Assembly (NCBI GenBank): GCA_016196885.1
Contig: JACPWU010000056.1
Location: 1 to 32,000 of the forward strand
Direction of reading: 5' to 3'
Origin: Chlamydiota bacterium
Lineage (GTDB): Bacteria > Auribacterota > JACPWU01
DNA: 32,000 nt
Positions 24,658 to 32,000 of this stretch are shown here, one piece after another. How positions within the stretch are numbered: the stretch's first letter is position 1; each line of letters starts with the position of its first letter. The position numbers were made by a program, and so were the translations under genes. A model generated the notes under the pieces. It had not been told where the DNA came from, made no database searches, and saw only the letters and a list, made by a program, of their open reading frames with translations.

Positions 24658-26004
24658 ATGTTCGAAAAAATACTCATTGCCAACAGGGGCGAAATCGCTC
24701 TTCGGATTATTCGGGCGTGTAAGGAACTGGGTGTAAAAACGGTTGCCATTTATTCTCAGGCCGATGCCCTTTCTCCGCATGTTCGCTATGCGGATGAGGC
24801 CATTTGCATTGGCCCATCCCCAAGCGCAAATAGTTATTTGCATATTCCGAGTATCATCAGTGCAGCAGAAATCTCAGACGTGGAGGCGATTCATCCGGGG
24901 TATGGATTTCTGGCTGAGAACGCCCATTTCGCTGAAATTTGCGAGAGCTGTAATATTAAATTTATCGGCCCAGCTCCCAAAAGCATTCGCATGATGGGGG
25001 ATAAGATACAGGCAAAGGAAACGATGAAAAAAGTTGGGGTTCCCATTATTTTGGGAAGTAGCGGTGCCGTCAAAGATCGTGCCGAGGCTTTACAAATAGC
25101 TAAAAAAATAGGTTATCCCGTCATCATCAAAGCTGCCATGGGTGGAGGCGGCCGAGGGATGCGAATTGCCCACAATGATGTGAGCCTGGCCAATGCGTTC
25201 ATGACTGCCAAGTCTGAAGCGGAGGCTGCCTTTGACAGCTCGGATGTCTATATTGAAAAATATGTGGAAAGCCCTCGGCATGTTGAGATTCAAGTGATGG
25301 CTGATCAGCATGGGAATATTGTCCATCTTGGCGAAAGAGATTGCACGGTGCAGCGCCGTTATCAAAAACTGATTGAGGAATCTCCGGCTCCTCTTTTAAG
25401 TGCGAGTACCCAAGCCAAAATAGGGAAGGCTGCCGTGAAGGCCGCAAAGGCTGTGGACTACACCAATGTAGGCACCGTTGAATTTCTGGTGGATCGTCAT
25501 GAGAATTTCTATTTCATGGAAATGAACACCCGAGTCCAAGTAGAGCATCCCGTGACAGAAATGGTGACGGGCCTGGACATCATCAAACAACAAATGCGAA
25601 TTGCCTCAGCTCAAAAACTGAATCTCGAACAAAAGGACATTCAGAATAAAGGCTGGGCCATTGAGTGCCGTATCAATGCTGAGGATCCGGCTAGGGATTT
25701 TATGCCAAGCCCCGGAAAAATCTCGGGTCTTTTTTTGCCAGGAGGACCCGGTATTCGGGTGGATACGCATATTTATCAAGGCTATGAAATTCCCCCCTTT
25801 TATGATTCTCTCATTGCGAAAGTGATTGCCTATGGAAAGACGAGAAATGAAGCGATTCAAATTATGATTCGGGCCTTGGATGAATTTATTGTGGAAGGTG
25901 TACACACCTCCATCCCTTTTCTCAAGAGAATCTTAAGCGAGCCTAAATTTAAAACTGGAGAGTATTCTACCCAATTTGTAGAAGAGCTTTTGACTCAGAA
26001 ATGA
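24658..26004 (+). CDS. accC: Acetyl-CoA carboxylase biotin carboxylase subunit
   Basis: [26 protein letters not shown]-terminus, ATP-grasp motifs and [14 protein letters not shown]. Confidence 0.95.
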   Translation: MFEKILIANRGEIALRIIRACKELGVKTVAIYSQADALSPHVRYADEAICIGPSPSANSYLHIPSIISAAEISDVEAIHPGYGFLAENAHFAEICESCNIKFIGPAPKSIRMMGDKIQAKETMKKVGVPIILGSSGAVKDRAEALQIAKKIGYPVIIKAAMGGGGRGMRIAHNDVSLANAFMTAKSEAEAAFDSSDVYIEKYVESPRHVEIQVMADQHGNIVHLGERDCTVQRRYQKLIEESPAPLLSASTQAKIGKAAVKAAKAVDYTNVGTVEFLVDRHENFYFMEMNTRVQVEHPVTEMVTGLDIIKQQMRIASAQKLNLEQKDIQNKGWAIECRINAEDPARDFMPSPGKISGLFLPGGPGIRVDTHIYQGYEIPPFYDSLIAKVIAYGKTRNEAIQIMIRALDEFIVEGVHTSIPFLKRILSEPKFKTGEYSTQFVEELLTQK

Positions 26005-26105
26005 GGATGAAAAAAGAAATGAGATTAACTCCCCCTGCCCCCTCTTTGTTATGAAAGTGGATGATGGATCATGGATGTTGGATTCCTTTCTCTCGTTCAA
26101 GCTTG

Positions 26106-26152
26106 TGTAGTCGCCCGATTCATCGGGCAGCCCCATAAATGGGGCGACTACA
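26106..26152. repeat. Second, inverted and shorter copy of the TGTAGTCGCCC...GGGCGACTACA element
   Basis: TGTAGTCGCCCGATTCATCGGGCAGCCCCATAAATGGGGCGACTACA. Its reverse complement aligns with 23299-23355 apart from an ~11-nt central deletion and a few loop changes. Confidence 0.8.
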
Positions 26153-26392
26153 AAATAAGGGAGGTGAGGTAGAGGCGGGCGGGGCTTTCATTGCACACGA
26201 TGACCCCCAAAAGGGTCATTGAATTTAAACTAAAGAGAGGGGGGAGATGCTGAATAAGGAAGGGAATTCTCCTGCGATGTAACATTCGAGGAATTGGAGG
26301 GGGGTTATAAGCGTAATTTTGTTAGGCAAAAAACCCTCGCATTTTAGCGTGAAATTTTGTAGGATTCGATCTCTCAATCGAAAGGTTTATGT

Positions 26393-26971
26393 ATGGCTAT
26401 TTTTCTTTATCTTGTTCCGTTCTTGCATTTTTTGATGGCGGGCGGGCTCGTCTTTCTCTTGTATGAGCTTTCCATAGATCCGCAGCCTTTGGTTTGGCTT
26501 GTCGAAAGACATCGAGAACTTCTTGCGACGGGGTGGGGAGAATATTATTTGGTGGCGGCAGCCGTTCTTGTTGCCCTTTTAGAACTCGAGTTTGTCTTCT
26601 TAAAGGTTCGCGGAAAAAAGAAGAGTCGTTACATTGTATTCCGTCATGCAGAAGGTCGGGTGTCGCTCTCCATTCGGGCCATTGAGGAATTCATTCAAGA
26701 AATTTGCAAGGGATTCTATGAGATAAAAGAGATTCAGCCCAAAGTTTTTCAAAGGTCGAGAACGTTTAAAGTGATTCTTGAACTCACCTTGTGGGGCGGA
26801 TCGAATCTTTCAAGTGTATCTGAAGAAATCCAGAGGACCGTACTCTCCCAGATTCAGAATATTTTAGGAATCGAAAAGAAAATAAATGTAGAAGTTGTCG
26901 TAAAAGAAGTTTGTGAAAAAAGAAAAGAGTTTACCGAAGAAAAAACATTTCGGGGGATTGTGACACAGTAA
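26393..26971 (+). CDS. Membrane protein with an Asp23/AmaP-like C-terminal region (envelope stress family, tentative)
   Basis: Two N-terminal hydrophobic helices. RVSLSIRAIEEFI...FKVILELTLWGGSNLSSVSEEIQRTVLSQIQNILGIE..INVEVVV resembles Asp23/AmaP. Confidence 0.45.
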   Translation: MAIFLYLVPFLHFLMAGGLVFLLYELSIDPQPLVWLVERHRELLATGWGEYYLVAAAVLVALLELEFVFLKVRGKKKSRYIVFRHAEGRVSLSIRAIEEFIQEICKGFYEIKEIQPKVFQRSRTFKVILELTLWGGSNLSSVSEEIQRTVLSQIQNILGIEKKINVEVVVKEVCEKRKEFTEEKTFRGIVTQ

Positions 26972-26988
26972 TGTTCAGCAGTCCATTA

Positions 26989-27038
26989 AACCTCAATACC
27001 GAAGTTGAATCATGAAATTCAACTTCGGTATTGAGGTT
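26989..27038 (+). terminator. Perfect 22-bp hairpin between the AmaP-like gene and pfk
   Basis: AACCTCAATACCGAAGTTGAAT (26989-27010), loop CATGAA, then ATTCAACTTCGGTATTGAGGTT (27017-27038). No T-run follows. Confidence 0.45.
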
Positions 27039-27056
27039 AAAGGAAAAATTTTCATT

Positions 27057-28085
27057 ATGAGAAGGATCGGAGTTTTAACAGGAGGGGGGGATTGTCCAGG
27101 ACTGAATCCTGTTTTAAGGGGGATTGTCAGAAAGGCCATTCTCGAAAAGTATGAGGTGGTCGGTTTCCTGAGAGGTTGGGCAGGTATTATAGAAGGGGAT
27201 TATAAAATCTTGGATCGTTCTTCTGTGTCCGGAATTTTACACATGGGGGGGACCATTCTAAATACATCTCGAACCAACCCTTACAAAAAAGTTGAGGACG
27301 TCAAAAAAGTTATTAAAAATTTCAAATCATTAGAGTTAGAGGCGCTCATTGCCATTGGTGGAGACGACACGTTGGGTGTTGCACAAAGACTTTTCAGGGA
27401 AGAGCATCTCCCCACGGTGGCCATTCCTAAAACCATTGACAATGATTTGAATGGAACAGATTGTACGTTTGGATTTGATACGGCCGTCAACATTGCGATG
27501 GAGGCCATTGATCGTTTGCACACAACAGCAGCCTCTCACAACCGAGTGATGGTGGTGGAATTGATGGGCAGAAATGCGGGATGGATTGCCCTGCAGGCTG
27601 GAATTGCAGGGGGGGCGGATGTGATTATCATTCCTGAAGTGGAAGTGACTGTGGATGAGGTATGCACCATTATCAAACGCCGACACAAAAGTGGAAGAAA
27701 TTTTAGCATCGTTGCAGTTGCAGAAGGCGCCAAGTTTGGGAAGGACCTGTTGACTCGGGGTAAGGAATTGGATCAGTTTGGGCACGAAAAACTAGGGGGA
27801 ATCGGTGACTTCTTGGCTCGAGAAATCGAGAAAAGAACAGGGTTTGAAACACGTATCACTGTCTTGGGGCATCTTCAACGAGGCGGTTCTCCTACGGCTT
27901 TTGATCGCGTGCTAGGAACAAGATTTGGCGTAAAGGCTGTAGAATTGGTGGAGAGTAAAGAATTTGGAAAAATGGTCAGTTTGCGAGGGACTCAAGTGGT
28001 TTCTGTGGATCTTTCAGAGGCTCTCAGTAAACTGAGAACCGCTGATTTAGGACTTTATGAAATGTCAAAGGTGTTTTTTGGATGA
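27057..28085 (+). CDS. pfkA: 6-phosphofructokinase, residue signature suggests PPi dependence
   Basis: MRRIGVLTGGGDCPGLN, IGGDDTLGVA, IPKTIDNDL and MGRNAGWIAL. Start moved to ATG 27057; the ORF-track ATG 27012 lies in the hairpin loop. Confidence 0.85.
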   Translation: MRRIGVLTGGGDCPGLNPVLRGIVRKAILEKYEVVGFLRGWAGIIEGDYKILDRSSVSGILHMGGTILNTSRTNPYKKVEDVKKVIKNFKSLELEALIAIGGDDTLGVAQRLFREEHLPTVAIPKTIDNDLNGTDCTFGFDTAVNIAMEAIDRLHTTAASHNRVMVVELMGRNAGWIALQAGIAGGADVIIIPEVEVTVDEVCTIIKRRHKSGRNFSIVAVAEGAKFGKDLLTRGKELDQFGHEKLGGIGDFLAREIEKRTGFETRITVLGHLQRGGSPTAFDRVLGTRFGVKAVELVESKEFGKMVSLRGTQVVSVDLSEALSKLRTADLGLYEMSKVFFG

Positions 28086-28693
28086 ATAAAAACGATATTC
28101 AAAAAATAGAAACGCTTATTTCCCAAAGCATTGCTGTTAAACAAAAGCTCTTGGAGAAAAATCATCTCGAAAAAATTTGTGTCATTGCAAATCAAATCGA
28201 GAAAAGCTTGAAAAAGGGAAACAAACTTCTTCTCTGCGGAAATGGAGGCAGTGCTGCAGATGCTCAGCATGCGGCTGCGGAGTTCGTCACCCGATTCAAG
28301 ATAGACCGCCGGCCCTTAGCCGCTTTGGCTCTCACGACCGATACCTCTGTCTTAACCAGCATTGGAAATGATTATGACTATGCGCAAATTTTTAAAAAAC
28401 AAGTGGAGGCCCTCGGTCGAAAGGGGGATGTTTTGATCGCTCTTTCTACCAGCGGTCGTTCTCAAAATGTTTTAGAGGGGGTCCAGGTGGCTAAAGAAAT
28501 TGGACTTAAAACGATCGGATTTACAGGAGATAGCGACAACCCCCTCTCTCGATTATCGGATATCACTTTTAAAGTGCCCTCCCTCGAGGTCGCCCGCATT
28601 CAAGAAGCCCATATTTTAGCGATTCACATCATTTCTGAAATTGTCGAAGGAAGACTTTCTTCCCATCACAACAATGGTCAAAAAATCTCGTAA
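28082..28693 (+). CDS. gmhA: Phosphoheptose isomerase (SIS domain)
   Basis: LLCGNGGSAADAQHAAAEF, ALSTSGRS and the QEAHI motif. Confidence 0.85.
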   Translation: MNKNDIQKIETLISQSIAVKQKLLEKNHLEKICVIANQIEKSLKKGNKLLLCGNGGSAADAQHAAAEFVTRFKIDRRPLAALALTTDTSVLTSIGNDYDYAQIFKKQVEALGRKGDVLIALSTSGRSQNVLEGVQVAKEIGLKTIGFTGDSDNPLSRLSDITFKVPSLEVARIQEAHILAIHIISEIVEGRLSSHHNNGQKIS

Positions 28694-29156
28694 GATTCTT
28701 CCCCTTCTTCAGCTTGCAACCCTTCTGAAAACCCTTAAGGTTCAGGGCAAGAAAATTGTCTTAACCAATGGCTGTTTTGATCTCCTGCATGTGGGGCATA
28801 TTCAGGTTTTAGAGAAGGCGAAGAGGGAGGGAGATATTCTTGTGGTCGCTTTAAATACAGATGCCTCCGTCCAGAAACTCAAAGGGAAACATCGACCGAT
28901 TGTACCATTAAAGGACAGGATGAAGGTTTTGAGTATTTTAGAAATGGTTGATTATGTCACTTTTTTCTCCGAAGAAACGCCTGAAAGAATCATTAAAATT
29001 TTGACCCCTCACGTTTTGGTAAAAGGGGGAGATTATAAACCAAATCAGGTGGTAGGCGCCGAGCATGTTCAATCGAAGGGAGGGAAAGTCATGATCGTTC
29101 CCTTGGTGAAGGGAAAATCATCTTCCGGGTTGATTAAAAAAGTAAAGGCTTTATGA
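28674..29156 (+). CDS. rfaE2: D-glycero-beta-D-manno-heptose 1-phosphate adenylyltransferase (RfaE/HldE domain II only)
   Basis: VLTNGCFDLLHVGHIQVLEKAK cytidylyltransferase HxGH motif; ~160 aa; overlaps gmhA. ATG 28674 preferred over TTG 28641. Confidence 0.8.
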   Translation: MVKKSRKILPLLQLATLLKTLKVQGKKIVLTNGCFDLLHVGHIQVLEKAKREGDILVVALNTDASVQKLKGKHRPIVPLKDRMKVLSILEMVDYVTFFSEETPERIIKILTPHVLVKGGDYKPNQVVGAEHVQSKGGKVMIVPLVKGKSSSGLIKKVKAL

Positions 29157-29806
29157 AAATCAATCTTGCCGAAGTGAGTCTCTATGTCATTCTTGACACA
29201 GGATACCTCCCACCCCAAAAAATGCTGGATGCCGCAAAAAAGGTGATTTTCGGCGGCTGTCGCCTCATCCAATTAAGAGATAAAGAATTGCCAAAAAATA
29301 AGCTTGCTCCATTGGCGAGCGCCATTAAGAAAGTCCTTCCCGATGACGCTATTTTTATTCTGAATGATTTTGTGGATTTGGTAAAAGAAGTCGGGGCAGA
29401 CGGCGTTCATTTGGGCCAAGAGGATATGAGCGTTTCAGAGGCAAGGCGAATTCTAGGGTCCCAAGCCCTGATTGGTCTTTCGACACACAGTCCTTCTCAA
29501 GCTTTGGCCTCTATGAATGAGACGGTGAATTACATTGGATATGGCCCTATTTATAAAACAAAAACAAAACCGATGGCAACCCCCATAGGAGTTAAAGATA
29601 TTTCATTTATCAAGAGTCGGGTGACCCATCCCCTTTTTGCCATTGGAGGATTTGATGAACATTGTATCGAGGAGGCTCTTTGTGCTGGAGCAAATGGTAT
29701 TACCGTGGTCAGCGCCATCTTGGAAAGTGAAAACATAGAAGAAAAAGTAAGAAGGTTCTTAACTCAAATAACAGGGATCAAGAATCATGAAAAACTCAAA
29801 GTCTAA
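29153..29806 (+). CDS. thiE: Thiamine-phosphate synthase
   Basis: LYVILD, LIQLRDKE, DGVHLGQED, IGLSTHS, YIGYGPIYKTKTK and FAIGG motifs. Confidence 0.8.
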   Translation: MKINLAEVSLYVILDTGYLPPQKMLDAAKKVIFGGCRLIQLRDKELPKNKLAPLASAIKKVLPDDAIFILNDFVDLVKEVGADGVHLGQEDMSVSEARRILGSQALIGLSTHSPSQALASMNETVNYIGYGPIYKTKTKPMATPIGVKDISFIKSRVTHPLFAIGGFDEHCIEEALCAGANGITVVSAILESENIEEKVRRFLTQITGIKNHEKLKV

Positions 29807-30701
29807 ACCTGTTGTTGTTATTGGATCCATTGCCCTAGATACGGTGAAAACACCCTACGGAGAAGTTCAAAATGTCCTGGGGGGATCTGCTACTTTTTTT
29901 ACCTTGGCGGCCAGACTTTTTGCGCCGGTTCAAGTGGTGGGTGTGATTGGCGAAGATTTCCCAGAAAAATATCTAAAAGTTTTTAAAAATTCTAAAGCCG
30001 ATTTAGAGGGTCTTTTGAAATTACCCGGAAAAACTTTTCGCTGGTCTGGATCTTATGAAAATCCCAATGAGGCCATCACCCATGACACGCAGCTCAATGT
30101 GTTTGGCGAATTTGATCCTCGGCTTCCGGAGCATTATCGAAAAACGCCCTATGTTTTCTTGGCTAACATTCATCCAGCTCTTCAGGAAAGAGTTCTCTCT
30201 CAGTTGGAAGGAAAGCCTCTGATTGCTTGCGACACCATGAATCATTGGATCAGCTCTCATCGAAAAGAATTGATCGCCCTTTATAAAAATGTCCACATTG
30301 TTTTCTTGAATGAAGGAGAGGCGAAGCTTCTGACCGGGGAAAAGCTCCTCGTCAGGGCGGCCCGGCAAATTTATTCAACGGGTCCTCAATGGGTGATTAT
30401 TAAAAAGGGAGAGCATGGGGTCTTGGGCTTTGACGGAAAGGATTTCATAACGTTACCTGGTTTTCCAACGGAACAAGTGGTAGATACCACAGGGGCAGGC
30501 GACAGCTTTGCAGGGGCCTTCATGGGATATCTTGCGAAGAAGGGCGGGCTCAAAAAGAATATCATTCAAGAGGCCTTGGCCTACGCGACAGTGGTTGCCT
30601 CATTCACCGTCGAGGGCTTCAGCATTCAAGGCCTCAAAAAAATGACTTGTTCAGCGCTTGAGAAGAGATATCAGAAATTTTTAAAAATGGCAGGTGTCTA
30701 A
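29787..30701 (+). CDS. PfkB/ribokinase-family carbohydrate kinase, substrate unknown
   Basis: VVVIGSIALD N-terminal motif and DTTGAGDSFAGAF ATP/anion-hole motif. Confidence 0.8.
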   Translation: MKNSKSKPVVVIGSIALDTVKTPYGEVQNVLGGSATFFTLAARLFAPVQVVGVIGEDFPEKYLKVFKNSKADLEGLLKLPGKTFRWSGSYENPNEAITHDTQLNVFGEFDPRLPEHYRKTPYVFLANIHPALQERVLSQLEGKPLIACDTMNHWISSHRKELIALYKNVHIVFLNEGEAKLLTGEKLLVRAARQIYSTGPQWVIIKKGEHGVLGFDGKDFITLPGFPTEQVVDTTGAGDSFAGAFMGYLAKKGGLKKNIIQEALAYATVVASFTVEGFSIQGLKKMTCSALEKRYQKFLKMAGV

Positions 30702-30746
30702 AATTAATCGGATTTCGGATTTAGAGTTTTGGATTTATTTTTTAAA

Positions 30747-30818
30747 GCGGGTGTAATTCAGCGGTAGAATGCAAGCTTCCCAAGCTTGACGTCGTGGGTT
30801 CGACTCCCATCACCCGCT
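30747..30818 (+). tRNA. tRNA-Gly (anticodon CCC), CCA not encoded
   Basis: Cloverleaf by hand: acceptor GCGGGTG/CACCCGC, D stem ATTC/GAAT, anticodon stem CAAGC/GCTTG with loop TTCCCAA, T stem GTGGG/CCCAT with loop TTCGACT, discriminator T. Confidence 0.9.
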
Positions 30819-30983
30819 TAATAAATGTAGTGAGGGGTGAGTGGTTCATGGTGTGTAGTGTAAAGACTCACCAAGCTCTCTTCTCCTTTTGGCTTGTTTC
30901 GAAGACTCCTATGTGATATATATAAGCTATATTTTGGTGCTTCTTTATTCTCTAATCACTTAATACAGAAATAGTTACAATTT

Positions 30984-32000
30984 ATGGGCTCTAAAACAAG
31001 AAAAGTTTGGGTGAAGGATTTGCAAATCGGGGGAGAAGCGCCCATTTCGGTGCAAAGCATGTGCGCTACTCGTACCCGAGACATTGATGCCACTTTGGGT
31101 CAGATAGCGCTTTTGGAAAAGGCAGGCGCAGATCTGATTCGTATCGCTGTAGACAATGTGATGGATGTTGAGGCCTTGGCTGAGATTCGCAAGTCCACAA
31201 AAGCAAGGCTCGTGGTAGACCTTCAAGAAAATTTTCGTCTGGCCGATAAAGTGGCTCCTCATGTCGATAAAATGAGATACAACCCTGGGCATTTGCATCA
31301 TTTGGATCCAGAAATTCCTATTCAGCAAAAAGTAGAGTGGCTGGTGAATGTTGCTAAGAAAAATGGATCGGCTTTAAGAGTGGGTGTGAATTGCGGATCT
31401 GTCGCTCCCGATTTTCTGGAACGCTATGCGAAAGATCATGTGAATGCGATCGTTGAAAGTGCCGTATGGCATTGTAGTCTTTTGGACAAGCTCAATTTCA
31501 CAAATTACGTGGTTAGTCTGAAGGATTCAGATCCTCGAAAAGTCGTTGAATGTAACAAGAGATTTTCCCAGAGGCGTCCCGATGTGCCCATTCATTTAGG
31601 CGTTACAGAGGCAGGCCTTCTTCCCGATGGAATCATTAAAACAAGAGTTGCCTTTGAACAACTGATTCCTCGAGGAATAGGGGATACATTAAGAGTTTCT
31701 CTCACCGTTGCCTTTCATGAAAAAGATGAGGAAATTAAAGCCGGGCGCCAAATTCTAAAAGACATTGCGGAGGGAAAATTTATTTCGGTTCCTGATTTTG
31801 GAAAAGGCCTTAATATTATTTCTTGCCCTTCTTGCTCCCGAGTTGAAAACACGGCCTTTGTTGAATTGGCCCAAGAGGTAAAGCGGATGTCTTCGGATGC
31901 CAAAGGGCATGACATTGTCATTGCTGTCATGGGATGCCGAGTCAATGGACCTGGGGAGACAGACGATGCAGATCTGGGCCTTTGGTGCGGTCCCTCCAGT
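30984..32000 (+). CDS. ispG: 4-hydroxy-3-methylbut-2-en-1-yl diphosphate synthase, 5' partial (runs off the window)
   Basis: Hand translation from ATG 30984 gives [33 protein letters not shown]...LIRIAVDN...SCPSCSR...[10 protein letters not shown]. The frame stays open to nt 32000 and is absent from the ORF track only because no stop is reached. Confidence 0.85.
   Translation, partial: MGSKTRKVWVKDLQIGGEAPISVQSMCATRTRDIDATLGQIALLEKAGADLIRIAVDNVMDVEALAEIRKSTKARLVVDLQENFRLADKVAPHVDKMRYNPGHLHHLDPEIPIQQKVEWLVNVAKKNGSALRVGVNCGSVAPDFLERYAKDHVNAIVESAVWHCSLLDKLNFTNYVVSLKDSDPRKVVECNKRFSQRRPDVPIHLGVTEAGLLPDGIIKTRVAFEQLIPRGIGDTLRVSLTVAFHEKDEEIKAGRQILKDIAEGKFISVPDFGKGLNIISCPSCSRVENTAFVELAQEVKRMSSDAKGHDIVIAVMGCRVNGPGETDDADLGLWCGPSS

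Noticed and set aside
26494-26685. Alternate-frame ORF 26494-26685 inside the AmaP-like gene
   Set aside because: It is nested in a longer ORF with family-like features, and its Cys/Arg/Gly-rich translation is typical of an off-frame artefact.
30975-31945. Minus-strand ORFs 30975-31328 and 31715-31945
   Set aside because: They are antisense to a clear ispG reading frame that runs off the window end.

Overview
AT-rich bacterial chromosome segment. LPS-heptose genes, SecDF and a SpoIID-like gene suggest a diderm; I cannot assign the lineage. All calls come from reading the sequence and recalling family motifs; no searches were run. The window has three parts. (1) nt 1-740 is the end of an rRNA operon: the last ~56 nt of what looks like a group I intron inside the 23S peptidyl-transferase region, the 23S 3' exon, 5S rRNA and a terminator. 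(2) nt ~750-9510 is an accessory-looking wedge. It holds a frameshifted orphan AbiEii-family toxin gene and a 2,167-codon ORF. That ORF fuses a signal peptide, TraB/GumN-like motifs, an NDK-like domain, a Maf domain, a CPBP/Abi intramembrane protease core and ~520 unassignable residues. It also carries in-frame repeat insertions. The wedge ends with the only minus-strand gene, a RAYT/IS200-like HUH tyrosine transposase bracketed by perfect 27-bp inverted repeats. (3) nt 9585-32000 is a co-directional, often overlapping housekeeping array: yebC, ruvCAB, spoIID-like, queA, tgt, yajC, secDF, ribBA, ribH, nusB, a PHP phosphoesterase, ribD, ribE, accB, accC, an AmaP/Asp23-like protein, a likely PPi-dependent PFK, gmhA, a heptose-1-P adenylyltransferase, thiE, a PfkB kinase, tRNA-Gly(CCC) and ispG (partial). 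The most unusual items are the giant mosaic ORF and a pervasive class of hairpins whose arms are tandem 7-nt units. These hairpins sit at most gene boundaries, bracket ruvC as inverted 86-nt copies, and are also embedded in frame in coding sequence.
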